NCBI GenBank assembly: GCA_024137785.1
Contig: JAHRHZ010000217.1
Span: 4,783,013-4,847,012, forward strand
Reading direction: 5' to 3'
DNA: 64,000 bases
Source: Ginglymostoma cirratum
Taxonomy: Eukaryota
Shown piece by piece: positions 51,096 to 62,949 of this stretch. The notes beneath the pieces were generated by a model, which was given only the letters and a program-made list of their open reading frames with translations, ran no database searches and was not told the origin of the DNA. Within the stretch, counting starts at the first letter, position 1. Each line of letters starts with the position of its first letter. Position numbers and translations under genes: made by a program.

Positions 51096-52946
51096 ATAAA
51101 AATATCTGTAATCCTCCCCTCAGGACACTCCATTTGAGTCCAGGAATTCTGTCTCCGCCCTGTTTTCCTCCCTCTCTGACCCTCGGGATTTCAAATGAAG
51201 GAGGGTCCACTTGCTACCCTCAGTATGTTGAGGCTGGCCAGACGCAAACTCTCCCAGGATCTGTTAATCAAACCTTCAAGGTCATCAGGTTCCACTACCA
51301 AGCAGACTCTCTCCAACCCAACTGCAGAATCAGGGATGATACTGAGATATATTTGGAAGCAAAGAAAAAACATTTTGAGGGCACGATGTGGCATAGGTGT
51401 TAGTGCACTGTACGCAAAGTTTCACATTTAGATAAATTTGATTGGTTTTGCACTACATCTGTATGTAAGAGTCTCTGTGTTGCCCCAAATGTTATTGGGC
51501 CAGCATGCTGTCTAATCCCATGTACCATGGAGCAGTGTCCATGATGACAGCTAGCTGCAGTATATAGAAGCCAGATGAGCAAAGCTTACTTAGGGCAATA
51601 GTTTCTGCTACCACCATTTTCCTGCATGGTCAAACATTGCCATTCTTTCTCTGGCCTCTATGTGCATCACTGTTGGTGTGAATAAGCTCATCAGTGACCT
51701 GTTAAATAGTGATAGTTACAGCACACAGGGGGCCAATACATTAGGATCATCAGGGGTTAGGGAGCCTGCAGCTCTGTGTCCTGTACAATGCATACATCTG
51801 TGTGTAATATTGTTGTCCTCTAAAGGGTCTCACATCAGTGGATTTTACAACCCCTCCCTCACAGTTTGAGCCACTTACCCTAAAACTCCAGGAGTAGTCA
51901 CATCTACTTCCTTCCCCATTGCGTACTTTTGACTTCCAGCAAAATGACAGTGAGCACCCTGAGGGCAGTGCTTCCAGCCTAACATCTCCTTTATTTGATG
52001 ATCTTAAAATTTATGCCCTCCATCATCTAATCAAAACCTTGCTTAGGGCACTTTGTGCAGCTCTCCCCAAACATTCTTTATTTTGTAAAATAGCTCTTTT
52101 GATTTAACTTGTCCTCACAGTTAAAATTTCATAGGCTTACTTTAGGAAATCCAGTTATTGGACCGAGCATTGGAGGCACTGATATAGTCACCAATCCAAG
52201 AAAAATAAGAAGGCTCACAGGTAGTACCCTAGAAACAGCCAGCGGGAAAGGGGTTAATAGCTGCTGGCAAAACTTGCCCACCTGTTACAGTAAAAAGTAG
52301 GTCTCCTTGCCAGAAGGGTGGGTGAACATTCAGAAATTCAGCAGCCCTTGCTTTTCAGGCATGTGTAGAAGATTCAGACCAAGTCTGTATAATCTATGAA
52401 TTATTTAGGGCCTTTTACGAGCAGTCACCCTCACGTGTTGTTTCCAAACAGGCTGAACTACTTATGATAGGAAAGCTTCCTGCTGATGCTTTCTCTCCTG
52501 TTCGCCCTCTTCCTCCAACCAGATTAAATTTGCAACAGCAGTCTCCATCATCAGTCTAGTGCTTAATGAAGGCAAGTACATTTAGTAGATGTAAATGAAA
52601 AGTAATCACCAAGGCAAGGAATTCTGTGAAAATCTAAATAACCTCAATAGCAAATTGATCAATGGTGTTTGCAGGTCAGTACCCATTTAAATATTCTTTT
52701 CAATAGTCTTATGGAAAGTAATCAATGCTAGGCCTACACACCGTCCCCAATGCTGGGGAAAACATCTGCTTTATTCATGCATTAAATTGCACTAGGTTAC
52801 AATCTGGGTATATATACACATTTGCATTCATGCTTATAGACACCTCAGGCTCTAAATGAACTATGTAGTTACACTGGCGTAAAGCAGAAATCTAGCTGGT
52901 ACAGACTTGATATATTCCTACTTCTTAACTCTGTTACTGTCTATTC

Positions 52947-53631
52947 TAGGAGTTTCCAAAGTGAGGATCACCATCCAAAAGGGATCACATGCTCAAATTT
53001 TGGGATGCTGAACTCTAAGGCACCAATGGCCACCATAAGACCATAAGACGATAAGACATAGGAGTGGAAGTAAGACCATTCGGCCCATCGAGTCCACTCT
53101 GCCATTTAATCATGGCTGATGGACATTTCAACTCCACTTACCCGCACTCTCCCCGTAGCCCTTGATTGCTTGCGAGATCAAGAATTTATCAATCTCTGCC
53201 TTGAAGACATTCAACGTCCCGGCCTCCACTGCGCTCCGTGGCAATGAATTCCACAGGCCCACCACTCTCTAGCTGAAGAAATGTCTCCTCATTTCCGTTC
53301 TAAATTGACTCCCTCTAATTCTAAGGCTGTGCCCACGGGTCCTAGTATCCCCACCTAATGGAAACAACTTCCCAGCGTCCACCCTTTCTAAGCCATGCAT
53401 TACCCTGTAAGTTTCTATTAGATCTCCCCTCAACCTTCTAAACTCTAATGAATACAATCCCAGGATCCTCAGCCGTTCATCGTATGTTAAAATGGAGCTC
53501 TGGTCCCAGTACAACTTTTGCGCTCTTTTAACAGCCCTCAGTTCAGACACCCCATTCTTCCACTCTCAAACTTCTCACTGAGAACTAACAGGTGATACAG
53601 GATCACAGTGAAAAAAAATGGGCAAGCATGG
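52947..53631. mobile_element. hAT-Charlie-like MITE interrupted by young CR1
   Basis: Degenerate TIRs; 8-bp TSD GTCTATTC / ATCTATTC. Confidence 0.5.
53033..53489 (-). mobile_element. Young 5'-truncated CR1 LINE
   Basis: Closely matches 55027-55475; (CCATAAGA)n tail. Confidence 0.95.
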
Positions 53632-53644
53632 ATCTATTCCTAAA

Positions 53645-53800
53645 AGAAATGCGGATGCTGTAAATCAGGAACAAAAACAAAAGTTGCTGGAAAAGCTCAT
53701 CAGGTCTAGCTGCGTCTGTGAAGGAAAATGAATCAGAGTTAACATTTTGTGTCTGGTGATCGTTCCTAAAGCTTTTCCAGCAACTTCTGCTTTCGTTCAT
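53645..53800. mobile_element. Penelope-like fragment with short inverted arm
   Basis: AAGTTGCTGGAAAAGCT ... AGCTTTTCCAGCAACTT. Confidence 0.65.
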
Positions 53801-53976
53801 GAGTTTATTCCTGTCAGCTCACTGGAACTACCCTTTACTGTCTGCTCAACCACCCCCACTGGCTCATAGAAGCTTAAAAATTAAGTGATAAAGTTATTAG
53901 TTATAGCTTCTGTAAATGTTTCATTAAGTCTTTCATGCTACAGCTGCTGGCTTTCATAACAAGATTGGTAATAATA

Positions 53977-54490
53977 GGGGAGGTGATGGCCCAGTGGTAT
54001 TATTGGTAGATTGTTAACCCAGAGACCCATATAACATTCTGGGGATAAAAGGTACTGCAGATGCTGGAGAATCCAAGATAACAAGGTGTGGGGCTGGATG
54101 AACACAGCAGGTCAAGCAGCATCATAGGAACACAGCAGGCCAAGCTTTCTGCTCCTATGATGCTGCTTGGCTTGCTGTGTTCATCCAGCCCCATACCTTG
54201 TTATCTAATATTCTGGGGACCTGGGTTCAAATCCCCCCACAGCTGAATTTAAATCCAATTTAAAAAAGTCTTTAATTGAGAGCCTAGTGATGATCATGAA
54301 TCTGTTTTCCATTGTTGATTGTCAAAAAACCCGTCTGGTTCACTAATGTCTTTTAGGGAAGGAAACTGCCATCCTTACCTGGTCTGGCTTACATGTGACT
54401 CCAGACCCAAACAATGTGGTTGACTCTTAAAGGTATGGGCAATAAATGCTGCATAGCAGCGATGCCTCATCCTGTTAATGGATAAAGGAT
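53977..54490 (+). mobile_element. tRNA-derived SINE (DeuSINE/SacSINE-like) carrying a Penelope insertion
   Basis: TGGCCCAGTGGTA head, GGGTTCAAATCCC B-box, CTGGTTCACTAATGTC.TTTAGGGAAGGAAA core, GGGCAATAAATGC tail. Confidence 0.65.
54046..54205. mobile_element. Palindromic Penelope-like insertion with 14-bp TSD
   Basis: ~53-bp inverted arms; TAACATTCTGGGGA (54032-54045) / TAATATTCTGGGGA (54206-54219). Confidence 0.8.
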
Positions 54491-54876
54491 TTACCTCCCT
54501 ATTTTTCTTACATATGTGAAGTTAGGAAAAACAAAACCCCTCTTTGTCCATCACAGTAAAAAAAAACAGAATGAGCAATGAGTTTTATTCCCACCAGCTC
54601 CATTCATCTTGACTCTAAAAAGATAGTTTGCATCCCTCAGTGCATGCTCATAAGGACTGAATTTTGTTGGGGTAGAAATGAACTTTAAGGCAAGTGGAGA
54701 AGCCAGCAACCCCACTGAATGCTAACTGCATCCTGTGGTAATCAAACAATTGTTGATGGGGCTCCAAGCTATTTAAGAGGTAATGTTTTGTCTCCTCGTC
54801 AGTGCTAGTAGCGCTCACTGGGAGATGGTCAGGCAGTCTGTCTAGATGGGTAATAGTTGAGGAGGGTAACAAGAGG

Positions 54877-54930
54877 AAGGTTACCATGAAGACAGCCCAA
54901 GATATCAAGAAGACCCTCCGTGGATACAGA
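54877..54930 (-). pseudogene. DIAPH1-like exon remnant (DID, ~exon 6)
   Basis: STEGLLDILGCLHGN versus DIAPH1 AEGLASLLDILKRLHDE. Confidence 0.6.
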
Positions 54931-55020
54931 ATAACTGATCATTGAATTGAAATCAAGTCTCACCATAATTTTCCCAGGACGTCAAAGAATAGCCTCTTCT
55001 TGCGTAGATCCTGACCTCAA

Positions 55021-56828
55021 ATAAGACCATAAGACCATAAGACATAGGAGTGGAAGTAAGACCATTTGGCCCATCAAGTCTATTTCGCCACTTAATCATG
55101 GCTGATGGGCATTTCAACTCCACTTACCCACACCCTCCCCCTAGCCCTTGATTCCTTGCGAGATCAAGAATTTATCAATCTCTGCCTTGAAGACATTTAA
55201 CGTCCCGGCCTCCACTATGCTCCGTGGCAATGAATTCCACAGGCCCACCACTCTCTGGCTGAAGAAATGTCTCCTCATTTCCGTTCTAAATTGACCCCCT
55301 CTAATTCTAAGGCTGTGCCCACTGGTCCTAGTCTTCCCGCCTAACAGAAACAACTCCCCAGCGTCCACCCTTTCTAAGCCATGCATTATCTTGTAAGTTT
55401 CTATTAGATCTCCCCTCAACCTTCTAAACTCTAATGAATACAATCCCAGGATCCTCAGCCGTTCATCGTATGTTAGGCCTACCAGTCCAGGGATCATCCG
55501 TGTGAATCTCCGCTGGACACACTCCAGTGCCAGTATGTCCTTTCTGAGGTGTGGGGCCCAAAATTGGACACAGTATTCTAAATGGAGCCTAACTAGGGCT
55601 TTATAAAGTCTCGGAAACACATCGCTGCTTTTATATTCCAACCCTCTTGAGATAAATGACAACATTCCATTCGCTTACTTAATCACGGACTCAACCTGCA
55701 AGTTACCCTTTAGAGAATCCTAGACTAGCACTCCCAGATCCCTTTGTACTTCGGCTTTATGAATTTTCTCACCGTTCAGAAAATAGTCCATGCCTGTATT
55801 CTTTTTTCCAAAGTGCAAGACTTCGCATTTGCTCACGTTGAATTTCATCAGCCATTTCCTGGACCACTCTCCTAAACTGTCTAAATCATTCTGCAGCCTC
55901 CCCACCTCCTCCGCACTACCTGCCTGTCCACCTAACTTCGTATCATCGACAAACTTCACCAGAATGCCCCCAGTCCCTTCATCCAGATCATTAATATATA
56001 AAGTGAACAGCTGCGGCCCCAACACTGAACCCTGCGGGACACCACTTGTCACCCATTGCCATTCCGAGAAAAAGCCTTTTATCCCAACTCTCTGCCTTCT
56101 GTCAGACAGCCAATCCTCAATCCATGCCAGTAACTCACCTCGAACACCATGGGCCGTCACCTTACTCAGCAGGCTCCCGTGAAGCACTTTATCAAAGACC
56201 TTTTGGAAGTCTAGATAGATAACATCCACTGGGTTTCCCTGGTCTAATCTACTTGTTACCTCTTCAAAGAATTCTAATAGATTTGTCAGGCACGACCTCC
56301 CCTTACTAAATCCATGCTGACTTGTTCTAATCCGATCCTGCACTTCCAAGAATTTAGAAATCTCATCCTTAACGATGGATTCTAGAATTTTACCAACAAC
56401 CGAGGTTCGGCTAATCGGCCTATAATTTTCCATCTTTTGTCTTGATACTTTCTTTAACAAGGGGGTTACAACAGCGATTTTCCAATCATCTGGAACTTCC
56501 CCTGACTCCAGTGACTTTTGAAAGATCACAACCAACGCCTCCACTATTTCCTCAGCCACCTCCCTCAGAACTCTAGGATGTAGCCCATCGGGGCCAGGAG
56601 ATTTATCAATTTTTAGACCTTTTAGCTTTTCTAGCACTTTCTCTTTTGTAATGCCTACCATACTCAACTCTGCTCCCTGACTCTCCTTAATTGTTGGGAT
56701 ATTACTCATGTCTTCCACTGTGAAGACTGACGCAAAATACTTATTAAGTTCTTCAGCTATTTCCTTATCTCCCATCACTAGCCTTCCAGCATCAATTTGG
56801 AGCGGCCCAATGTCTACTTTTGCCTCTT
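55021..56828 (-). mobile_element. Young CR1 LINE, 5'-truncated, complete RT domain
   Basis: ORFs 55720-56778 and 55141-55665 are in the same frame, separated by TAG and TAA stops. Motifs KSPGPDG, NYRPIS, GVPQGSVLGP, KFVDD; (CCATAAGA)n tail. Confidence 0.97.
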
Positions 56829-57340
56829 GTTAATTAAGAGTGGAAAATGGATGATAGTCATTTAGTTGACTGTGAGATAAACTAAATAAGAAATTGAATA
56901 TACTCACAATCACCTATTTTGCAGTATTGTCTATTGTCAAAATCCACATCTGTTTTATGTTTTCAGCTACCTGCAAACTTTGAAAAGCTAAACTACACAT
57001 CACATTTTCATTGCATGTTAAGTTACCTCATCCCTTTTATTCATTCAAGTCTTGATGGTGTCCTACACTACAGACCTTGGTCCTTTCGTTTCGATTCTCA
57101 AAAATAGATGGCTATAGGCTGCATGAAGAACATGACTGTTTACTTATCTGGGCTGTAATTTCACTGGCTTTGCCTGAGTCAACTTAAATCCCTCTGTACC
57201 TAAAGGGACAGTTTCATCAATTTCAAAGCTAATGCTATATGGGAACTGAAAAGAATACAAAATAAGGTTTCCTAGCAACCAATCCAAATCTTTCAAAAGC
57301 AAGTCAGTTAACCTGTGAAGTACGTGCCGGGTTTATAAAT

Positions 57341-57448
57341 TGGGAGCTTAAGCCAGTCACTTACATGCAGATCCTTCTTGTTAATTTTTAAGTCTTCATT
57401 TACACCATAAACCATTGCACTCGCATTGCTTTCCTTCTCAGTGTAACA
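57341..57448 (-). pseudogene. DIAPH1-like exon remnant (GBD, ~exon 5)
   Basis: Translates TEKESNASAMVYGVNEDLKINKKDLHVSDWLK, similar to DIAPH1 [30 protein letters not shown]. Confidence 0.75.
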
Positions 57449-58469
57449 TGAAGATTGTGTCACACTGACAAACATCAGCAATTACTTCTTTGCTCAAAAT
57501 ATGGCACCGAACAAAAATTTATATTGAGTTCTGCTTTGTAATTTTCTCTTTAATATCTATTATTTTACTGAGCACAATTGATGTTAAATAAAATTAAAAA
57601 TTAAAAAGCACCATTCTGTTATTTTCCTTGTATTTGATATGACATATACTTTAAAACCATACAAAAATGTCAAGCATTGACAGGCTGTTTTAAATAAATG
57701 GCATAGCCAGTACAGATTCCTTTTCACACACTGAGCGTTTCTTTTAGGTATCATTTTTAATAAAATTATGCTGCAAGTATACTATTAGAATTTGAAGTAA
57801 ACTGTCACATTTCGGGCCATGGAAAATTACTTTCCAACTGTAAAATTAAATTAAAGTAATACGTTAAATCATTTTGTGTGGGTAAAGGTGCATGAAATGG
57901 AATATTGTGCAGGTTTGATTCTCAATTATTGCTCTGCCTTGGAAAGTCCAAAAATGATACTCACAGCTTACATCTACTATTGCCTTTGTCAACTTACATC
58001 AAGAGGATTTCAAAAACCATTAAAAATTTAACACTGCCCACACAAAAGTCATCTTACTTATCTGAGACAGTTCTTACCTTACAAGGAATTTTAAAATTAA
58101 TTTTCGCTGGCTGAATTTAAGAAATAACTAACAACAATGATTGCTTTTAAAATTTTTGTATAAAATTAGATTGAAACAAATGAAAAATACTTCTAAGCTG
58201 TTCATTGATGAATCAATGTGAAAAATCAAGGTACTCCATAAACGTATGTGGTTTAAATTCTGCTGAATACTATGATAGCGGGACATTTTAAAATTGTTTG
58301 CATTTTAATCAATATTGGATTATATTTGTGTAAAGCAGTTTTTCAACAAAGATGAAGAGAGTGTTAAATTGGAAACAAGACTTTAACTCATATCTAAAAC
58401 TTAACATTGGTAATGTGTGCAATAGTAACAATGGAATACCAGTGAGATATCAGAGCATGTTAAAAATAC

Positions 58470-60175
58470 TGCGGTGGGAATAGGCAACAACACTTCTCCA
58501 CTATAATCCGCAGGGCTACGTACTCAGATCCCTACGATACTCCCTATATACTCATGACTGCAAGGCCAAATTTTGTCCTAATCTCATCTACAAGTTCACT
58601 GGCGACACCACCACTGTAGGCCAGATCTCAAACAATGACGAGGCACAACACAGGAAAGTGATAGAGTGCTTGGGTGGTGTGGTGTAAAGAGAACATTCTC
58701 TCCTTCAACATCAGCAAAATGAAGGAGTTAGTCATTGACTTCAGGAAGAAAGGTGGAGGGTATGCCCCTGTCTACATCAATGGTGATGAGGTGTAGATGG
58801 TCAAGAGAGCCAAATTTCTAGGAATGCTGATCACCAACAATCTGGCCTGGTCCACCCCGTATTGATGATATTAAATGATGCTCCCATCATAGAGTTTATT
58901 CACTGTGACTATACATTGGGAATTCAGGTTTAGAAATCAGTGGGTGCAGCAGAAATTACTGTCCCTCCAAAACATAAGAGGTCAGGAAATTAAGAAAGGG
59001 CACAAAAGACTCAACCAAAAGCCCAAAATTCATTCTGTCAGGTGACACTCCACACTGAAGGCAGTAATTTATACAATTACCTTCTAAGACATCATGGATT
59101 TTACATCTATGTCTTAAAGAATTATAACATGGATCATTTATTTAGCAACAAACTCAAAATTTATCTTGGATTTAAATTTCAAGTTATTTAAGTTCCATTG
59201 CTGGCGACACTTGTACATTTGGTCATGTTAGAGATATTAGGGAGAGCCAAAAACATTTAACAGACCAAAAGCATCTATATTTCAGGATATAAATGGAAAG
59301 TTGGTAACTCTGTCGGTTAGGGTTGCTCACCTTCTTAACATTGGTAATGTGTGCAATAGTAACAATGGAATACCAGTGAGATATCAGAGCATGTTAAAAA
59401 CACTGCGGTGGGAACAGGCAACAATACTTCTCCACAATAATCCGCAGGGCTATGTACTCAACTCCCTATATACACCCGACTGTGCAGCCAAATTTTGTCC
59501 TAACCCTATCTACAAGTTCACAAATTTCTAGGAATGCTGATCACCAACAATCTGGCCTGGTCCACCCCATATTGATGCAACAGTCAAAAAAGCATAGCAA
59601 CATCTCTACTTCCTCAGGAAGCTAAGGAAATTTGGCATGTCTCTAGAAACTCTTACCAATTTTTACAGATGTACCACAGAAAGCATTCTACGTGGATGAA
59701 TCACAGTGTTGTATAACAACTGGTCTGCCCAGGACTCCATAAGAATCTATAGAGAATTATGAACACAGCCTAGTCTACTGTGCAAGCCAACCTTCCATCC
59801 ATTGACTCCATCTATACTTCTCACTGCCTCAGAAAGGCAGCAAACATAATCGAAGATGTCTCCCAACCTGGTTAGAGTCTCTTCCAACCTCTTCTGTTGG
59901 GCAGAAGATGCAAAAGCTTAAACACACGTACCAACAGATTAAAGAACAGCTTCTTCCCCACTGTTATTAGACTTTTGAATGGACCTCTCAATTTAAAATT
60001 TAATGTTGATCTCATTCTTTGTGCATTTTCTCTGCAGCTGTAAAATTGTATTCTTTGCTCTGATCTATTACCTTAATGCACTTTGTATGGTATGATCTGC
60101 CTGTAGTGCATGCAAAACAAAACTTTTCACTGTCCCCAGGTACAAGTGGCAATAATAAATCAAATCAAGTCAAAT
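58470..60175 (+). mobile_element. Rex1/Babar-type LINE 3' half (rearranged)
   Basis: YSLYTHDC..IYKFTGDTTTVGQISNNDE, YFLRKLRKFGM, TNRLKNSFFP motifs; tail TTTTCACTGT..CAATAATAAATCAAATC. Confidence 0.85.
58870..59336 (+). repeat. 467-bp direct duplicate of 62950-63416
   Basis: 5 mismatches counted by eye, no indels, offset 4080 bp. Confidence 0.95.
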
Positions 60176-60237
60176 ACGGTGAGGTTCACTTTCCTGATTA
60201 GGGATTAGTTTTTAATGTAGCACCTTGTCGTGTAAGG

Positions 60238-60340
60238 CTTCAGAAACCTGAAGAAGGATCCCAACCTGAAACGTCAACTTTCCTGTTCCTCTGATGCTGC
60301 CTGGCCTGCTATGTTCCTCCAGCTCCACAGTATGTTGTCT
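60238..60340 (+). mobile_element. Penelope-like fragment with hammerhead core
   Basis: CTGAAGA-AGGATCCCAACCT-GAAACGTC. Confidence 0.75.
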
Positions 60341-60986
60341 TTTCACAACGCCTTCTCCTTAACCTGTCTGTCTTGAAACTAATTCACAGTAAGGCACCAA
60401 ACCCATGATAAAAGAAGGTGGCAACATTTGAATTCATTGTCCAGAAAATGTGCTGGTGTTAGAAAGCAAGACACATGCTTAAGATTATCAACAGAAAAAA
60501 AGGTTAAACATTGCCAATTCCACTTTATGATCAGAAAGCCCCTAGAAAGACCGCAAAGCTGAACAGCCCATGTGAAGAAATAGACTGAACACAAAGCTCC
60601 TTCAGAGAAACCCACAAGTCTGCAAGTCTCAAAAAGCATTTTGCAGTCATCTATCGGGGAATAACGCCTTTGAAAAAAGCCGTGAGAACAGTAAAAGTCC
60701 ACTAAAAGATAAGGAGATAAATCTGAATTGAGTACCTATGTAAAGAGTTTGATTTTTGGACGCCCAAACCAGTTTTGAATCCTTACGGAACAGAAAAATG
60801 ATGTTTTGTTTCCAACCGTAAAAAAAGGCTGAGCAACTGAGACAGTGAGTGTTAGAGTCAACGACTTTTGCAGATGACATCAAGAAATGTGATTGGGATG
60901 ATTGGGTATTTGAAGAACTGGAGAAAAAGACTTGAAGACAGGGAAACGAGGATCAATTGAATATCCAGTCAAGTCTGAAACAGGCG

Positions 60987-61140
60987 TATTTTTGATCAGT
61001 GAGGGAATCAAGGCTGAAGAAGAAAAGATAGGAATAGGGAACTGAGAATGATCAGATTAGCCATGATCTTATTGAACAGTGAAGCAGACTCGAGGGGCTA
61101 AATGGCTGACAGATACTTCCATATCTTATGGTCTTATAGA
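60987..61140 (+). mobile_element. CR1 3' end
   Basis: GATCAGATTAGCCATGATCTTATTGAA..GACTCGAGGGGCTAAATGG..TCTTATGGTCTTAT. Confidence 0.8.
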
Positions 61141-61159
61141 AGACCAAAGAATGGGCTGT

Positions 61160-61570
61160 CAAATTTAACTCCAGCTGTGGTCCGGAGCAAGTGGGACGAC
61201 ACCTGCAAAGAACCAGAGTGAGCAGCATGGCATTGCACTCGGGAGCCTACAGGTGTGCCCTGTGAGCTCCAGAACACTGCGAGCAGTGAGCCCTTGAGCA
61301 GCACATGGGCCGCGAGCCCGGAGCAGCGCGCAGGCAGTGAGTCCTGGACAGAGACCGGTATGAAGGGACAATCCTTACCTTAAAACACTGTCATGTTAAC
61401 CCAATAATATATTCCTATTTTAGTTTACTTTCAACTTTATAATTAAACAACTGCTTTTATCCTTCAGCTGTATCCAAGAATTGTACCTAAGATGTCACCA
61501 TAAGAAGGCAGACATTGTAAAAGTTTTTCACTTTACTCTTACTATGGGGCACAGGTGAAAATAAAAAGGA
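61160..61570 (+). mobile_element. GC/CpG-rich non-autonomous element with Rex1-like tail
   Basis: GC-rich core 61170-61365; tail TTTTCACTTTAC..CACAGGTGAAAATAAA resembles the Rex1 end at 60120-60160. Confidence 0.45.
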
Positions 61571-62019
61571 TGTTGTATTAAATATTGCATTGTATTAATT
61601 TTGAGAACAGGGCCACTGTGAATGGGTAAAATTTAAGTGTGAAGTCCAGGGGTGAGTGAGCAGCTTAAAGTGCTTGACATCAGTAGGGGCAGAGTGGAAA
61701 GAATACAACTATTTTAAAAATAAACAATAGATTAACTCTAGTCGGAACAATTAGAAGAACTGCAGTGGAGTGTTATATGATGAAAAGATATTGCTGCAAG
61801 TGAAAAGAAGAATCTCCAAGACAATTGTGAGACAGATTTTGTTACATAGTGCAGAAAATTTAGGAAAATCAAAAGAAGAGAAAAAAATAACTGAATACTA
61901 ATGAGGTGTGGATATTCAGATGGATGTGTGAGGTAACAAAGAAAGAACAAAATCAAGGAACGGCATGAACAAATTTGGAAGTGTCTAAGACGGTAGCTGA
62001 GAAGACATTATAATTTCAC

Positions 62020-62350
62020 TTCTTTATTCATTCAAGGGGTGTGATGTTGCTGGCTAGGTCAGCATTTATTGCCCATCCATAATTGCCCAGAGCTGTGGAA
62101 TAACAGCTGCACGTAGGTCAAATGAAATTAAGGTGATGATTTCCTTCCCTAAATGAAGGAAATTCTAAAGAATATCAGTGAAGCTGAAGTGTTTTATGAC
62201 AATTGATAATGGTTGCCATTAGGCTAGCTTTTAATTCCAGATGTTTATTGAGTTCAAATTTCTCCATCTAGGGATTAAAACACATCTTCGCAGGTTCTGT
62301 GGCTCTAGATTTCTCACCCAGTGAAATTATGACTATTTCGCTATCTTACC
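62020..62350 (-). mobile_element. SINE with GGGCAATAAATGC tail (DeuSINE-like)
   Basis: GCATTTATTGCCCATCC..CCTTCCCTAAA..ATCAGTGAA, antisense of the 53977-54490 type. Confidence 0.5.
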
Positions 62351-62949
62351 TCGCACAGGTAGAATGAGAAGAAATGGTAAGGTGAGTGATGGACATAAGG
62401 ATTCCATGAGGAATGAGAAGAGGATGGATGGACAAAACTGTATTGAGTGAAGTTGAATGCCTTCTTCCTGAGGAGTGGTTGATCTCAGCTGCTTGTTATA
62501 TGTGGTGTTGTTTAGCCAGAGGCAGAGAAGGTAAACTATCTGAGAATTTAGCTTGGAGCAGTCTACAGAAATTAATTTGCTTTAATAGTGCTTCCAACAT
62601 AACATTGAAGAAAACCATTCAGTTAATTGGTGAATCGGGGTATGTCTGTACGACTCTACCAGAAGCTTTAATTTATCATTATTTCCATGTGCAGACTGCT
62701 CCTTAGCCACCTTGTATACATTTTAATTTTCTGAGATTGGATACAGCGTGGATGCTTTGAAACCAAATAAATTAGGGAGGAATGCTGTTCGGTGTTTAAA
62801 AATATATTGACAATGTCACCGCACGTATCAATTTGACACACGTCGAGGTAAAGGTTTATCACATTGTTTACAAATAATTTTCTGACCTCAGGATCCTGAC
62901 ATATGAGGCTTCAATCAGAAGTATTTATTTACCTATATGGATTAATCTA

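Larger units (their letters stand above)
48610..51900. mobile_element. Decayed autonomous Harbinger transposon (Myb/SANT gene on +, transposase on -), boundaries approximate
   Basis: Plus 48755-48860: *SKVTNYVKAVFLVQRSGQQCHKKVNDLL (Myb/SANT-like). Minus 51190-51590: LYTAAS..GIRQ, HRALK, DPGRV, NILR (transposase). Confidence 0.6.

Noticed and set aside
52480-52600. Possible DIAPH exon 7-8 remnants (LAFIKH, RLMMET)
   Set aside because: Correct position but too short and lacking splice signals. Left unannotated pending alignment.
55141-56778. Longest ORFs as a functional or domesticated RT gene
   Set aside because: 5'-truncated CR1 lacking the endonuclease, with two in-frame stops and a standard microsatellite tail.
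57930-58230. Possible DIAPH exon 3-4 remnants (NEQLRSIF; PL...VS...SKA)
   Set aside because: Order is right but similarity is at chance level by eye.
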